64,000 nt of DNA from assembly GCF_006345805.1 (NCBI RefSeq), contig NC_043008.1, positions 38,440,001 to 38,504,000 of the forward strand. Direction: 5' to 3'. Under the pieces are notes generated by a model. That model saw only the letters and a program-made list of their open reading frames with translations. It did not search any database and was not told the DNA's origin. Positions 25,405 to 39,668 of this stretch are shown here, piece by piece (position 1 is the first letter of the stretch; each line of letters begins with the position of its first letter). The position numbers and the translations under genes were made by a program. Origin of the DNA: Octopus sinensis (lineage: Eukaryota).

Positions 25405-25580
25405 GTCTATGTAGCCAAGTGGTACATACCACTGTTCAGGGAAATAAGATCACCAGAAGGTTGTGGGTTCAATTGCCACTAAAGGCAACATTTTGAAAAC
25501 AGCTGGAGGACACCTAGGAGTCATGACCTAGGTGGGTCTGGTTCCCTTAGCGAGTCAGAACAAACTGAAGCATTTGTTTG
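25405..25580 (+). mobile_element. Possible tRNA-headed element of another family
   Basis: A-box-like TAGCCAAGTGG (25412-25422) and B-box-like GGTTCAATTGC (25466-25476); the body is not seen elsewhere in the window. Confidence 0.35.
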
Positions 25581-25735
25581 ATAGGAGTTCTTTCCCTGGA
25601 AATTTCTCCTTCTTTTCTCTTGTCCCTCAGAGAGTTTCCACTTATAATCTTTGACTGTATATGGGAATGCATGTATGTTAATTGTTAGTTTACAGAATAC
25701 ACATACAAAATCTTCATATTCCAGAAAATAATTAA

Positions 25736-25955
25736 CCCTTTCGTTACCAACCCAGCTGAAACAGGCTTTGGCTCTGAGTACAAATGTCTTGTTTTCATAA
25801 GTCTTAAATTAAAATATACCACCAAACCTTAGTTGCAATTTATGTTCCTGACACTAGCTGAATGATAACTAAGTTATTTTACTAAATTCTTTGTTATATT
25901 TAAAGTAACTGAAAGGACCACAGAGCATCTTAAAATAAATACAGTAATGAAAGGG
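25736..25955. mobile_element. piggyBac-type MITE
   Basis: TTAA-CCCTTTCGTTAC...GTAATGAAAGGG-TGAA termini; a homologous inverted copy lies at 57963-58184. Confidence 0.8.
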
Positions 25956-26484
25956 TGAATGAAGCTATTTTTATTTCATGGGTCAATCATTACAATTCAA
26001 CGAAGGGCTGGAGATGAATTAAGAAAAATGTAATGCAAGAAAACCCAGTAACAATATTTATATATCAAGGTCTTTCCAGAATGACTACAAACAGTAGAGA
26101 AGATTTAATTGGTACCTAACAAATCTTGGAATGTACACAATTCTGCTTTTACAAGTTATTGTGAACTTAAAACCTGTGATCACCAACATTAATACAACAT
26201 CAGCATATGGTAAATTTTATTTCTATCAGATATAAAAAGATATTCTTCATATTGGCTATATACGATGTTTTGACAATAATTACAAATAGCATTTTATTTT
26301 GCTGTATATGTATTTATTTTTTGTGTTTTCTTTTAAAAAATCACTTTTACTTTTTATTATATTTTTATTAAATGAAATTACATTCACATCATCAATTATA
26401 TTTTAAAAACAAGAGTAAAGAATCCTTTAAATATTAACAAAATAAATATAATTAATCATTTTCAAGCGACAAAGGTAGGAAAAA

Positions 26485-26536
26485 TTTCATCTGAGGATAG
26501 AATTATGTGTGTTCTAATACTTGAAGTGTTATGAAA
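26485..26536 (+). ncRNA. Decayed type I hammerhead remnant
   Basis: TTTCAT-CTGAGGA-TAGAA/TTCTA hairpin-ATACTT-GAAGTGTT-ATGAAA. The 6-bp stem I and the CUGANGA box are intact, but A15.1 is mutated and stem II is unbalanced. Confidence 0.35.
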
Positions 26537-27036
26537 ACGAGGGTGGATAACGACAATAATAATAACAATAGAAATAAAAATAATAATTTATAATAAAAGA
26601 ATTTTTTTTTAAATGTGAAATATATAAATAAAAACAAAAGTTCAAATGAATCTGTTTTTGGTAAGACCATTTATCAAAGAAAGTCAAGTAAAAAATTAAA
26701 TAAATAAATAAAATTCGCATTTGAAATAGCGTTAGCCAGATTTGTTTAATCTTAAAATAGAATTGATCTTTCAATATTTATTTTATAACACTTACACTAT
26801 TTTAATCGATAATATTAACAATTTTTTTTTCAGTTTTCTTTCTGAACATTAGACAATAGAGTCATATGTTACTGAAATGTTGTATATCTCGAAGTTGGAT
26901 GCACTAAATCATCTAAAAATTAATTATTGCAAATCAATCTATACAAAAATATCAACACGGTTTCTTTTTATAACCCATGTCAAATTTATAAAAGAATTTT
27001 ATACATATAGTAATGATAGTAATAATAATAATAATA

Positions 27037-27078
<42 letters not shown>

Positions 27079-27344
27079 TCATCAACAACAACACCAATAA
27101 TAACAGTAATAAAAAAATATATAGATTAGTGTCTACTAGGCATGAGGCCAGATCTGGGCAGAAGCAAAGCCAATTAAAGTGAACTTAAAAATTTTAATGC
27201 AACACATTCTATTGACCGCAGAACAATGAAAGTTAGTACTGATGTCCGAACAAAATTTAAATTCTGAACATTGACAGTTGCATCTGAATGTTGTAAAAAG
27301 AGTTAGTTGGGTTTTCTTCTATTCCTGTGCCACCGGTCTGTTTC

Positions 27345-27734
27345 AGTGGTTGTGTGGTAAGTAGCTTGCTTACCAACCTCATGGTTCTGGGTTCAGTCCC
27401 ACTGCATGGCACCTTGAGCAAGTGTCTTCCAATATAGCCTCAAGCCGACCAAAGCCTTGTGAGTGGATTTGGTAGATGGAAACTGAAAGAAGCCCATCGT
27501 ATATATGTATATATATATGTGAGTGTGTAGGTTTGTGTGTCTGTTTGTCCCCCCAACATCGCTTGACAACCAATGCTGGAGTGTTTATGTCCCTGTAACT
27601 TAGCGGTTCAGCAAAAGAGACTGATAGAATAAGTACTAGGCTTCTAAAGAATAAGTCCTGGAGTTGATTTGCTTGACTAAAGGTAGTGCTTCAGCATGGC
27701 CACAGTCAAATGACTGAAACAAGTAAAAGAGTAA
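27345..27734 (+). mobile_element. SINE family A
   Basis: Match to other family A copies. Confidence 0.9.
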
Positions 27735-27768
27735 TGTATGAGACAAATTTAAATAAAATAAATATAAA

Positions 27769-27813
<45 letters not shown>

Positions 27814-28023
27814 CCTTTCTAATATAGACGCAAGGCCTGGAATTTGGTGGAGGAAGATAAGTCGATTACATCAACTCCCAGTACTCCACTGGTAATTATT
27901 TCATTGACCCTGAAAGGATGGAAAGCAAAGTTGATCTTGCTGGGATTTGAACTTGGAACATAAAGACAAACGAAATGCTGCTAAGTATTTTTCCCATCAT
28001 GTTAACAGTTCTGCCAGTTCACC
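27814..28023 (-). mobile_element. SINE family B variant; more decayed family B fragments follow to about 28620
   Basis: Core GACCCTGAAAGGATGGAAAGCAAAGTTGA...GATTTGAAC in reverse orientation. Confidence 0.7.
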
Positions 28024-29610
28024 TGAATAACAACAACAACAACAACAATAATAATGGTTTCTGATTTAGACAGATGGTTAATAACTTTGGTGGGATAGTG
28101 GTTAGTTAATGCCATCGACCCCAGTTCTATATTGTTTGTTTTTATGTTGTCAACCCCTAAATAACTCAAAGTCAAAGTTGTCCTTGGTAAGATTTGAACT
28201 CAGAATGTCAAGAGCCAAAACAAATACTGTAAAGTCTATTTTTTATCTGATACTCTAACAATTCTGACAAATCCTCAAACTGGAAACCTGGATTAAATGC
28301 TAGCAATAGAGAAGACTCTGCTAAAGTGCCAGCCAGATGAAGGCATTAAATCAGGTAAAAGATTAAGTTCATTATCCAAGTAAGCTAAGGCAGGATTTGA
28401 ACTCAGAATGTGAAATGCCAAAGGAAATTCCACAATTGTAATAATCTTAAAGTTCTGTCAGTCCACCATCTTGGATTGGTACTTTTTTTTCTATCAACCC
28501 TGAAATGATGAAAGGCGAATTTGACCTCAGTGGGGTTTGATCTCAGGGCACTGAGAGTTGGAACAAAAACTGTGAGGCATTCAATCCAATGTTCTCATGA
28601 TAGTGCCAATTTGCTGCCTAAGTGGATCAAAAGTGAAGCAGCTTCATTAATTTAAGATGAGTGGAAATCATAAATTTAAACAATGCAGTAACATTGTTGA
28701 GTGTTTAATAGAATTTGGTTTTGTTGGATTTTCTCCAGGTCTAATTGATTACAAGATATCCACTCCAATATCTCACAGCCATTTCTGCTGTTGAAACTGT
28801 TGAATTAATGATCTTTAATTAGTCTAATTGCAGGGTTATTAACCTAATTAAAAACTAACTAGCTGTTTGATTATTGATCAGTCACAGAAGCCTAGTATAT
28901 TCATTTTCAATATGGTCTTAAGAAATGTAGGAAGTTCTTTGTTTCCATGTAACCACTTTGTCTTCAAGAAAGTCTTATAGTGTTTAATCTTATTTTGTTT
29001 GTTCATTTGCTTCTTTACTTTTGTTAATTTTAATCCTATGCTATTTCACTTGAATTTTAATGCAGAATATCTCTTTTACATTTATAAAATCAATTGTCAT
29101 ATCTTTACTTTTTGATCAAAATATCTCTATCCTTTACTAATCTTGCTAACTTTTAGCAGCTCTGCACTGTCTCCTGCTTTATGTAAAAGTAATCACGCAA
29201 ACATTTCTGATTATGTTCCCATTCTATCAACAGTCAAAACTGGCACCTTTAAAGTCTCTATTGCAAAGTTGTACAATCTTAATATCTACCACTAAGGCTG
29301 GATGAAGGTATTAGCAGTTGGGCTGTCATGCAGGGTACTTTGTTGTATGGGGTGCAATATCATATGTTTGGGATCTTTGAAAATGTGAAGGGGAAAATAT
29401 GAAAATTGTCATTAAAATACACATTTTATTCTTTTATTTAATAAAAATTAATTATTAAAATAAAATCAAAAATATATTTATTTCCCATAATTAAGATGAA
29501 AACCTCTTAATATTTACTTTGATTCACAAAGTTCCAAGTACTTATTTACAGTTCCTATTTCTCATGGTATCATAAATATGTTGATGGAACTACAGTATTC
29601 TTGTCTTCTA

Positions 29611-30014
29611 TTATTTGTTTCAGTCATTTGATTGCAGCCATGCTGGAGCACTGTCTTTAGTTGAACGAATCAACCTCAGGATTTATTCTTTGAAAGCCTA
29701 GTACTTATTCTGTCAGTCTCTTTTACCAAACTGCTAAGTTATGGTGATATACACACACAAACATTGGTTGTCAAGTAATGGTGGGAGGACAGACATAGAC
29801 ACATAAACATATACATACATAAATGTATATATATGATAGATCGTTAGCTACTACACACTTTTTTTCTCTCCTTGTTTTTTTCTGTGTATTTTTCTGTCAA
29901 AGAGCGTAGGCTCGAAACGTAAAAGACTTTTTCTATTCATGAGCGCTATACTAATACGTTTGTTTGTTTGCACACCACCTGCCTTCGTCTTTTGTTTATT
30001 TTCGTAAACTTTAC

Positions 30015-30070
<56 letters not shown>

Positions 30071-30213
30071 TGGGCTTCTTTCAGTTTCTGTCTACTCACA
30101 TGGGTTTGGTCAGCCCAAGGCTATAATAGAAGACACTTGCCCTAGGTGCCATGTGGAACTCAGAACTATGTGGTTGGTAAGCAAGCTACTTACCACACAG
30201 TCACTCCTGCACC
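29611..30213 (-). mobile_element. SINE family A interrupted by a 183-bp insert (29835-30017) in its (TA)n
   Basis: 3' half at 29611-29834 and 5' half at about 30068-30213. Confidence 0.85.
29888..29925 (+). ncRNA. Minimal HHR-like motif with a non-canonical core (Penelope-like insert family)
   Basis: TTTTT-CTGTCAA-A-GAGC(GTAG)GCTC-GAA-ACGT-A-AAAG; same insert family as 41650-41817. Confidence 0.45.
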
Positions 30214-31429
30214 TATGGTTATTAATAGGAAATATTTTTGAATGACTTTCGTATGAATATGACCCCAATGAGCTACCATACATGTTATATAATGAACAAG
30301 AAAAGAGACAGTTTTACATGCCATCATCATAAAATGTTCATTGTCTGGCATTGGAGACTAAGTGTTATGTACTTGTTGGTTTACTCAGCAATGTCTTTAC
30401 TCACAATACTTGTCATTTGACTTTACATCAGTTCATTTCCCCTTAAGAAACCAACATTAATTAATATTTTCCAATGATGCAAACAATTTATTATTTTCTT
30501 GTGTTCCATATTATTTATTAGGAATCATTTATCTATATATTTATTTCTTCTGTGTTTACAGTTTTTTGCATAACTGCTTTCTATTTTTTCCTCACATATG
30601 TACATACATGCAAGCACAAATATTCAAATATATATTATTTATCACTGAACAAATAAAAAGTACTGCATAAAATGTCTGCTAGAAAGTGTCTGCTTATATA
30701 TGTCAATAAAAACAAATAGACTATTAAATGTAAGCAGGTAGAAAAGAAACGGTTGAGCAGTCACAGTATTAGAAATCAACTCAGGGTATATGAATTCAAA
30801 GCAATATTCAAAGCAGGTATTTCATTACATCTTTAGCCAAAAACGATTTATTCTGTGTACCTTCGTTGATTCAGCTGTTGAGAATAGAAACCAAAACTTC
30901 CAAGAAAGGTTAGCAAAATATCCACGAACTGATTAGGCTTTTGTTTGAAAAGCCTTTAGAAACCAGATTAGGTACCAAGTCAAGAGATTCCTGAATTCTG
31001 TGAAAAGATTAAGTTTTTAAAGAACAATTCTATATTCAAATTACTGTACCCTGTATGACATGATATTTAAGTGTTACATTTTTTTGGTACATAATATGGG
31101 GGTTTCTTGTGCCTTGTTTGTATTGTAAAGATATATCAACAATTTCTTAGGGAGTTTAACTTGTGATTATAAGATCAGGGGTTCAATTCCTAGTCCAGGT
31201 AATATATTGTGTCCTTGAATCTGCATATGAACAGTTCTTCTCCAAGGTGCAGAACTGGGCAAAGGTTTTATGAAAGACCAGCAGTTTTCTATTTTCTGTT
31301 CTGTTCTTCTACACAGCTATGCCCAGCCATAGAAAACCTGTTTCAATGAATTCCATCTAACTCATGCAAACATGGAAAAGACAGACGTTCGAATGGATGT
31401 GAAAATGATGACGGCAATGAGACAACAAC

Positions 31430-31592
31430 AACAATGATGATGATGATGATGAGGATGATGACGATGATGATGAGGATGATGATGATGACGATGACGATGA
31501 TGATGATGATGACAATGATGACAATAACGATGATGATGTTGATGATAACGATTATGATGATGGTGACGATGATGATGATGATGATGATGAAG
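31430..31592. repeat. (GAT/GAC)n microsatellite, tail of a decayed retroelement 3' end
   Basis: Preceded by CTAACTCATGCAAACATGGAAAA, similar to the CCAACCCATGCCAGCATGGAAAA tail at 42230-42252. Confidence 0.75.
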
Positions 31593-32002
31593 GGTAAATG
31601 TGATATGGGAGCTAGTACTCAAAGTTGCCTATGATACATATTCGAACGACTAGTTTTTTTTTTTTTTTTAACAGTATCTATAACCATTCTATATGTTATT
31701 TACACACATAACTTAGATTTATTTTGTTTTTCACAAAAATCATGTTTGTGTATCAAAATCTATAGCAGAACTTGTCTCAGTAACCAGACTACTTGATGAT
31801 GAACACAAATTGATAGTAAATATCTTCTTATTTTTTTCCTTACTGTATTGAGAGCCACCAAATTCTAGAATATAAATGTGTGTGTGTGTATATATATATA
31901 TATATGTTTATATAGATATATATCTATATATATATATATATATGTGTGTGTTTATATGTTTATATGTTTATATATGTATATGTCCATACATATTTATATA
32001 TG

Positions 32003-32036
<34 letters not shown>

Positions 32037-32038
32037 TG

Positions 32039-32075
<37 letters not shown>

Positions 32076-32884
32076 TGTATGTATAATTTGATTATTCATG
32101 AATGGAAAACAAAACAGTAAGTGTATGATTTATCTTTTATAGTTCTACACTTAACAACGGAATCAGTTATTATCCTATTAGTTTTAGATCTGGTGAAGAG
32201 GGGGGAAAAAAAGACAACAAAGTGTATATGAAAAGCAGAAAATTACAAGAAATTCTTCAATTTCTATCTAATTTTGCCATTAATTACATTACTAATGATG
32301 TAAATCTAGTGATAGCAAAACTCTTTACACTATTTAAAAATAAAGAAAAAGAGTGAAAAAAAGATCTATGAAACATAACTAAATGAAATATCAATGGAGT
32401 AGAAGGAGAAGTGAAAAAAGAAATCAATAGAGTTGTTTATAGCAATAACTTTTTGAATAATGTTGGTTTTACATCGGAATAAAAACTAAGATGTTTAGGA
32501 GGAGGGAAATGGGAATTTGTGAAGTTCACACCTTTCCAAATATTTATTAAGAATTCACAAGCTTAAGCATAAAAAATTTTCAATAATAGTAATAAAAAAT
32601 TATTGATTTCTTTTAGCGAAGAGAGTGTGAATTGAATTGACTCCCAAGCTTAACATGTATTTAGTGCTATCAATTGGGGAGAACTGGAAAGAAAAGTAGA
32701 AACTTCAGATAGAATTGAACTCTTAATTGAGAGATTTCTTAGTAAAATGTTGTTAAATAATTTATTTTAGCCGTCTACTGTTTTCCTTTTACTTCTTCAA
32801 CTGGTGTCAAACAGATATTAAAACCAAGACATAAGGAATGTTTGAAGGATTTGGGGAATAGGAAGTTCGTTAGTGGTCCCCAGC

Positions 32885-33420
32885 ACAAGTATATCCCTGT
32901 TGGGAGAATGTCTTGTTTGCTGTAGATTTTCTACAGATGCAGGGACAGAAAGGGTTGAAGCCACTGGTTGCTGGATCAGATGCTTCTGTTCACCAGAGCT
33001 CCATTAGCTGGGTGTGGCCAGAACAATCCACCTTGGGTGGTCCTACCAGAAACAGAAGTCTCCGATGGCATAGCTCTGACACTCCCATTTCACCCTCTTA
33101 CCAGAATGAGGAGGGGTTGGACTTTAGGGGACAATGGGGCAATTGCCTCAGCTCCCCTTCAGGGTTGGCGAAAGCGATGTGGTGGACAACGAAAAACCTG
33201 GCTGATGACAGTCAAGGCTGATCTGGAACCCAACCTAGGCCCCCATGTCTACAGCGTTCGCCGCTGGAATAAGGAGTGGTGGGAGATCACGAGGTCATTA
33301 ACCTCAGACCGCCAGGCTTGGTCGGCATTTGTGAGAGATGCAGCATTGAGGATGAATGAAGCCAGCTCAACCCAGCCCAGGCAAATGCTGTCTAAAGACA
33401 AGAAGAAGACGAAAATAAGA
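32885..33420 (+). mobile_element. RTE-clade LINE 3' fragment
   Basis: ORF 32968-33513 contains GWRKRCGGQRKTWLMTVKADLEPNLGPHVYSVRRWNKEWWEI...DRQAWSAFVRDA...ASSTQP, matching the C-terminus of flatworm-type RTE ORF2 as I recall it. SLRWH lies in the overlapping frame and an (AAG) tail follows. Confidence 0.8.
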
Positions 33421-33660
33421 CGTTACAGGGCAATTTGCAGAGTACGAAATGAAACAGCTATTTCTATACTAAAAATGAATATAGTTACAAATGAAGATGG
33501 AGAAGTAGTGTAAGATAAACAGTTACATATATGTAATGTAGTTTATATATATGTTGTAAGTTAGGAATGGTCTGTGTTAGTAATAATCTTATTAACCTCT
33601 CGGCTATATATTTGTCTTCATAACAACAGTGTTTCGTTTATTAACAAGTCTTGACCAAAA

Positions 33661-33691
<31 letters not shown>

Positions 33692-33850
33692 CCACCACCA
33701 CCACCATCACCATCACCATCATCATCATCATCATCATCATGCTCCGTCATTAAAGTCATTGTCCTCATGATTATCACTGTCAATGTCGTTGTTGTCATCG
33801 CCATCATCATTATTATCATCGTCATCATCATCTTCATAATTATCATTCTC

Positions 33851-34012
33851 ACGGGCTTCTTTCAGTTTCCGTCTACCAAATCCACTCACAAGGCTTTGGT
33901 CAGCCCGGGGCTATAGTAGAAGACACTTGCCCAAGGTGCCATGCAGTGGGACTGAACCCGGAGCCATGTGGTTCGTAAGCAAGCTACTTACCACACAGCC
34001 ACTCCTATGCCT
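33851..34012 (-). mobile_element. SINE family A, 5' half
   Basis: Near-consensus head; abuts the (CAT)n tract at 33664-33850. Confidence 0.9.
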
Positions 34013-35118
34013 ATGCAAATTACACCTTTTGTGTGACTGGTGATACTTCGTTTGCAATCAGTGTTCACATATTAAGACATATTAAGAAACCTGCACATAC
34101 TTTCTCAGAGGAATGTAAGCAAATGACACCATTTATATGAACGGTGGTATTTTATTTGCAGTCAGTGTATACATAAAATATGTCCAGATGTCAGAATATG
34201 CTTTGGCAGAAAACTGCAAAGAAACAGCATTGTATAAATGGTGATACATTGTTTATTATATTTCGTTTTTGGATTTGGTTTGCAAGATTCTTTATATGAG
34301 TTCGCGTGTTGAAGCATATTCTGTTGAAGCATATTCAAGACTATTAAAAAGGTTGCAAGACACAATGAAAATTTTAGGAAAATAAAAATAAGAAATAAGT
34401 AGAAATTTTACCGGTGAGTGTGTTACATTATAAGGCACAAAAAGAAAATGACTCTCCCCAGACACAACAGAATTGTTTATTATCATATACGAAAATACGA
34501 AATCTCAGAAAATTTCCAGTTTCTTGAGAAAAAGAAAAAAGACAAACAAACAAGACTTAATTTCCACACCAACAAATCTTTCTGCAATATAGGTATAAAT
34601 TCCATTAAATGTATCCCTTGTTAAATTGTGGGTAATAACAATAGCTCAAACATTTATTCTAAAGCAAAAATACAACCAAATAAAATTAAAAGAAAACAAA
34701 ATGAAATATAAGAAAATAAGGTAAATAAGAAATATATATTTTTTTTTTAAAGAGGCAAGTCAAGCAACCGGCATGAAGGAAGTATATGTATGGCTTACAG
34801 AATTGGTATCCTTGAAATGAAAATATACCGAAAAAGAACAGCATCATAAGAACACTACAATCTGGGCTGTTTAAGAAAGAAATTTAGAATGTCACTGCAA
34901 TTTCCATTTAAGAGAGTTCGCATATTGATTTGCTTCAGTGTGTATGTTTGTGTGTATGAGTGTGTGGTGTATGCATCTGTGCAGGCATGTGCAGATGTGT
35001 AGTAAGTCTTGTTATCAAATCTATGTGGCGACAGTGGCCTGTTTAAGGAATTGTATTACAGTCTGTGTGTTGCTAGTGTGAACATAGTGTAAGTTTCTGT
35101 TTGCACACCTAACATGTG

Positions 35119-35149
<31 letters not shown>

Positions 35150-35353
35150 TGTATATCAAGTTTGTGTGTGTAATTGGAGGGAAAGTATGCACATACATGG
35201 ATGTGCACATGACTGTGCATTTGTCCAAACATGCTTGTGTTCATGTGTGCATTATACATACATCTGGTAATTGCTTATTTCCATGTGAGCAAGTAGCTGT
35301 GTACCCATAAGTATGCCTGTGTATATATATGTGTGTGTGTGTATACATACATG

Positions 35354-35417
<64 letters not shown>

Positions 35418-36143
35418 CATATATATATATGTACATATATATGTATATATATATATTTAAACATATATATGTGCATATATGCGCATATATATATATATAC
35501 ATATACAGATGTCATATTGTATGTGTATATATATGTGTGTATGTATATACCCATGCATATAACTATATATGTTTATATATGTATACATATATGCACACAT
35601 AGATATATAAGTATGTATATATATGTGTGTGTGTGTATGTACATGTATGTATGTATACAATTGTTTATGAGCCACATGGTTATTTCTGTTTGTAAATGTG
35701 AACACATGTAAGTCTCGTGTATATCAAAATTCAGTATTGAAGACTAAAATAAAGAAAGAATAATTATTGAAAGTGAAAGGGAGGAGAAGAGAGAGAGAGA
35801 GAGTGGCAGAGGTGGGTAGAAAATATTTAAATTCAGTAAAAAATTTATTAAAATAGAAATAGAAAAAAGTAAAAGTTAGGAAAGACAATTTGAAGCCAGT
35901 CCTGTTCATTGTGATATTTACATTTAACAAGTCGAGGATTCTCAGGTTTTAATCTTGTTTTGCTGAGGTGTCAACAATATACATACATATATAAAATGAC
36001 ACATACGAACATTATAGTCATCTATTTATATAAATATATATATGCGTGTGTGTGTGTGTGCATATGTGCATGTATGTATATACATATATATGTATGTTTG
36101 TAAGTATGTATGTATGTATAGATATATGTGTGTGTATGTATAT

Positions 36144-36186
<43 letters not shown>

Positions 36187-36187
<1 letters not shown>

Positions 36188-37438
36188 CATATGTATGTAT
36201 ATGCATGAATGTATATAAACACGTATGCATTCACTCAACAAGCATACATACATAAACATTAAATTTTTCCTGAAATATTTAACTGAACAATTACTGACGA
36301 TAACTCCAGTACAGAAACTAATGAAAATTTAAATAAAACTATAGCCATCCCTCTTTCACTTCACTTCCATCTATGCTTGTCTGTTTTACACACACAAACA
36401 TATAGACTTATACACATACCCACACATACACACATACATACTTATTTGAAGCCTCAGACACATGATGCACCCACATGCATTCTTTCCAAATCTCTCTTGT
36501 TTTTTTTTTTTTTTCTTTCCCGCTTTCACTTTGTCTTACAACTACTTTAAAATATACATGGATGTACAAATATTCAACCTCACATTGTTCAAACATTAAA
36601 TCTACACAAACATCGACAAACACATCCATGCAATCACTGATCAGTACAGATGTTTGTACAAACACATAAACACATGCACAGTTACGTACACTTACAGATG
36701 GTCAAATATCCAACCATACAGACATATGGTCCTTACTCATTCTCTGTCTATCTCTCTCTCTCTTTCTGTCACTCTTTCTATCTCTCCTTCCCTGCTCTTC
36801 CTCCTTGACTTAGAACCATTTTAAAACACACATGTACATGAATACACACCACCAATAAACAGACACCCAATCTTTAGCACAACAGATTTAAACAGACAGA
36901 CACACATACAGGCATGCACAGACATTGACATTTACGCACATGCTCACACACAAACACAAATCTCAATAGACACATATAATTGCACACACACACACACACA
37001 GACACACACACGCACACACATAAATTCAGAGACACATACACACGGAACTACATACACATACAAAAGAAAAACAACAACAACACACAAACAAGAACTGAGT
37101 GACATGAGAGACTGGCATTGCTGCAACTCACTATTTAACCATGATTTAAAATGTTCATGTTATAATTGTTAGTTTTGTCATTGTTATTTGGTAGTACAGA
37201 GAATTTCCAGGAGTTAGAATCAATGTTGCTGCTGCTGCTACTGTTGTTGTTGTTGTTGTTGCTTGATGGAAAAGAGAATTTATCCGTAAGTCACGGATTT
37301 TCTTTTGTGTTGTTCGATATCTTAGTGATATAGAGACACATTCACGCAAGTGTACACAACTACACACACATACATGCACACAAGCATACACACATACACA
37401 TATGTATATAGATATGTATATATATATATATATATATA

Positions 37439-37486
<48 letters not shown>

Positions 37487-37571
37487 GTGTGTGCGTGTAT
37501 ATATATATAAGCACACATATATACCCACAGACCATCCATCCATTCACAACACATATGCATATACACATATG

Positions 37572-37607
<36 letters not shown>

Positions 37608-39003
37608 ATATATATAAGCATATGTATGTATATGCATGAATGTATATAAACACGTATGCATTCACTCAACAAGCATACATACATAAACATTAAATTTTTC
37701 CTGAAATATTTAACTGAACAATTACTGACGATAACTCCAGTACAGAAACTAATGAAAATTTAAATAAAACTATAGCCATCCCTCTTTCACTTCACTTCCA
37801 TCTATGCTTGTCTGTTTTACACACACAAACATATAGACTTATACACATACCCACACATACACACATACATACTTATTTGAAGCCTCAGACACATGATGCA
37901 CCCACATGCATTCTTTCCAAATCTCTCTGTTTTTTTTTTTTTTTCTTTCCCGCTTTCACTTTGTCTTACAACTACTTTAAAATATACATGGATGTACAAA
38001 TATTCAACCTCACATTGTTCAAACATTAAATCTACACAAACATCGACAAACACATCCATGCAATCACTGATCAGTACAGATGTTTGTACAAACACATAAA
38101 CACATGCACAGTTACGTACACTTACAGATGGTCAAATATCCAACCATACAGACATATGGTCCTTACTCATTCTCTGTCTATCTCTCTCTCTCTTTCTGTC
38201 ACTCTTTCTATCTCTCCTTCCCTGCTCTTCCTCCTTGACTTAGAACCATTTTAAAACACACATGTACATGAATACACACCACCAATAAACAGACACCAAT
38301 CTTTAGCACAACAGATTTAAACAGACAGACACACATACAGGCATGCACAGACATTGACATTTACGCACATGCTCACACACAACACAAATCTCAATAGACA
38401 CATATAATTGCACACACACACACACACAGACACACACACGCACACACATAATTCAGAGACACATACACACGGAACTACATACACATACAAAAGAAAAACA
38501 ACAACAACACACAAACAAGAACTGAGTGACATGAGAGACTGGCATTGCTGCAACTCACTATTTAACCATGATTTAAAATGTTCATGTTATAATTGTTAGT
38601 TTTGTCATTGTTATTTGGTAGTACAGAGAATTTCCAGGAGTTAGAATCAATGTTGCTGCTGCTGCTACTGTTGTTGTTGTTGTTGTTGCTTGATGGAAAA
38701 GAGAATTTATCCGTGAGTCACGGATTTTCTTTTGTGTTGTTCGATATCTTTAGTGATATAGAGACACATTCACGCAAGTGTACACAACTACACACACATA
38801 CATGCACACAAGCATACACACATACACATATGTATATAGATATGTATATATATATATATAGATATATAAGTGTATATATACATGTATACATATATATATA
38901 TATGTATATATATGTGTGTGCGTGTATATATATATAAGCACACATATATACCCACAGACCATCCATCCATTCACAACACATATGCATATACACATATGTA
39001 TAT
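36187..39003. repeat. Near-identical tandem duplication, period about 1430 bp
   Basis: 36187-37617 is repeated at 37618 to about 39003. The unique parts differ only by a few single-base changes or indels and by microsatellite lengths; duplicated ORFs appear in the track. Confidence 0.95.
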
Positions 39004-39043
39004 ATATATCTATATATATATATGTATATATATGTATGTATAC

Positions 39044-39093
<50 letters not shown>

Positions 39094-39160
39094 ATGTGTC
39101 TGTGTATATATATTCATACACATATATATGTATATATGTGGTTATGTGTGTATGTGTGTG

Positions 39161-39223
<63 letters not shown>

Positions 39224-39582
39224 TGTATGTATGTATATGCTTATGCAAACACACAAATAGAGATACACACCTAAATATATATGTATGTATAAATTTCTAA
39301 AAAGTAAAATTACTTTATGATCATTGGATCATTGAAGCTTTTAGTACAAGAATCTGTCAAAACTGTCACATATTCACTCCCTCCCTCTTACAAAATACAA
39401 CAGCTCTCTTGAGATTTCGTTATAGTAGTTCTTACTGTATTATTGCCTGTATTGTTGTTATATTTATTTATCATCATATTATTCTGACATTTATCCCATA
39501 TATAAAGAAATATTTTTTAAAAATGGGCCTCAACTATACATACATATATACACACATATACATTCACATACATACATACATG

Positions 39583-39622
<40 letters not shown>

Positions 39623-39623
39623 A

Positions 39624-39668
<45 letters not shown>

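Noticed and set aside
28730-28880. TAAT-rich putative homeodomain enhancer
   Set aside because: Expected by chance in DNA this AT-rich; no conservation data are available.
28900-29300. Possible Penelope ORF relic (KDRDILIKK) on the minus strand
   Set aside because: The KADKG motif and downstream RT motifs are not recoverable, so the match is too weak.
30830-30930. Strong minus-strand acceptor-like site near 30875
   Set aside because: No matching good donor and no recognisable peptide.
36294-36325. CTGACGA...GAAAC hammerhead candidate (duplicated near 37725)
   Set aside because: Stems II and III cannot be formed properly.
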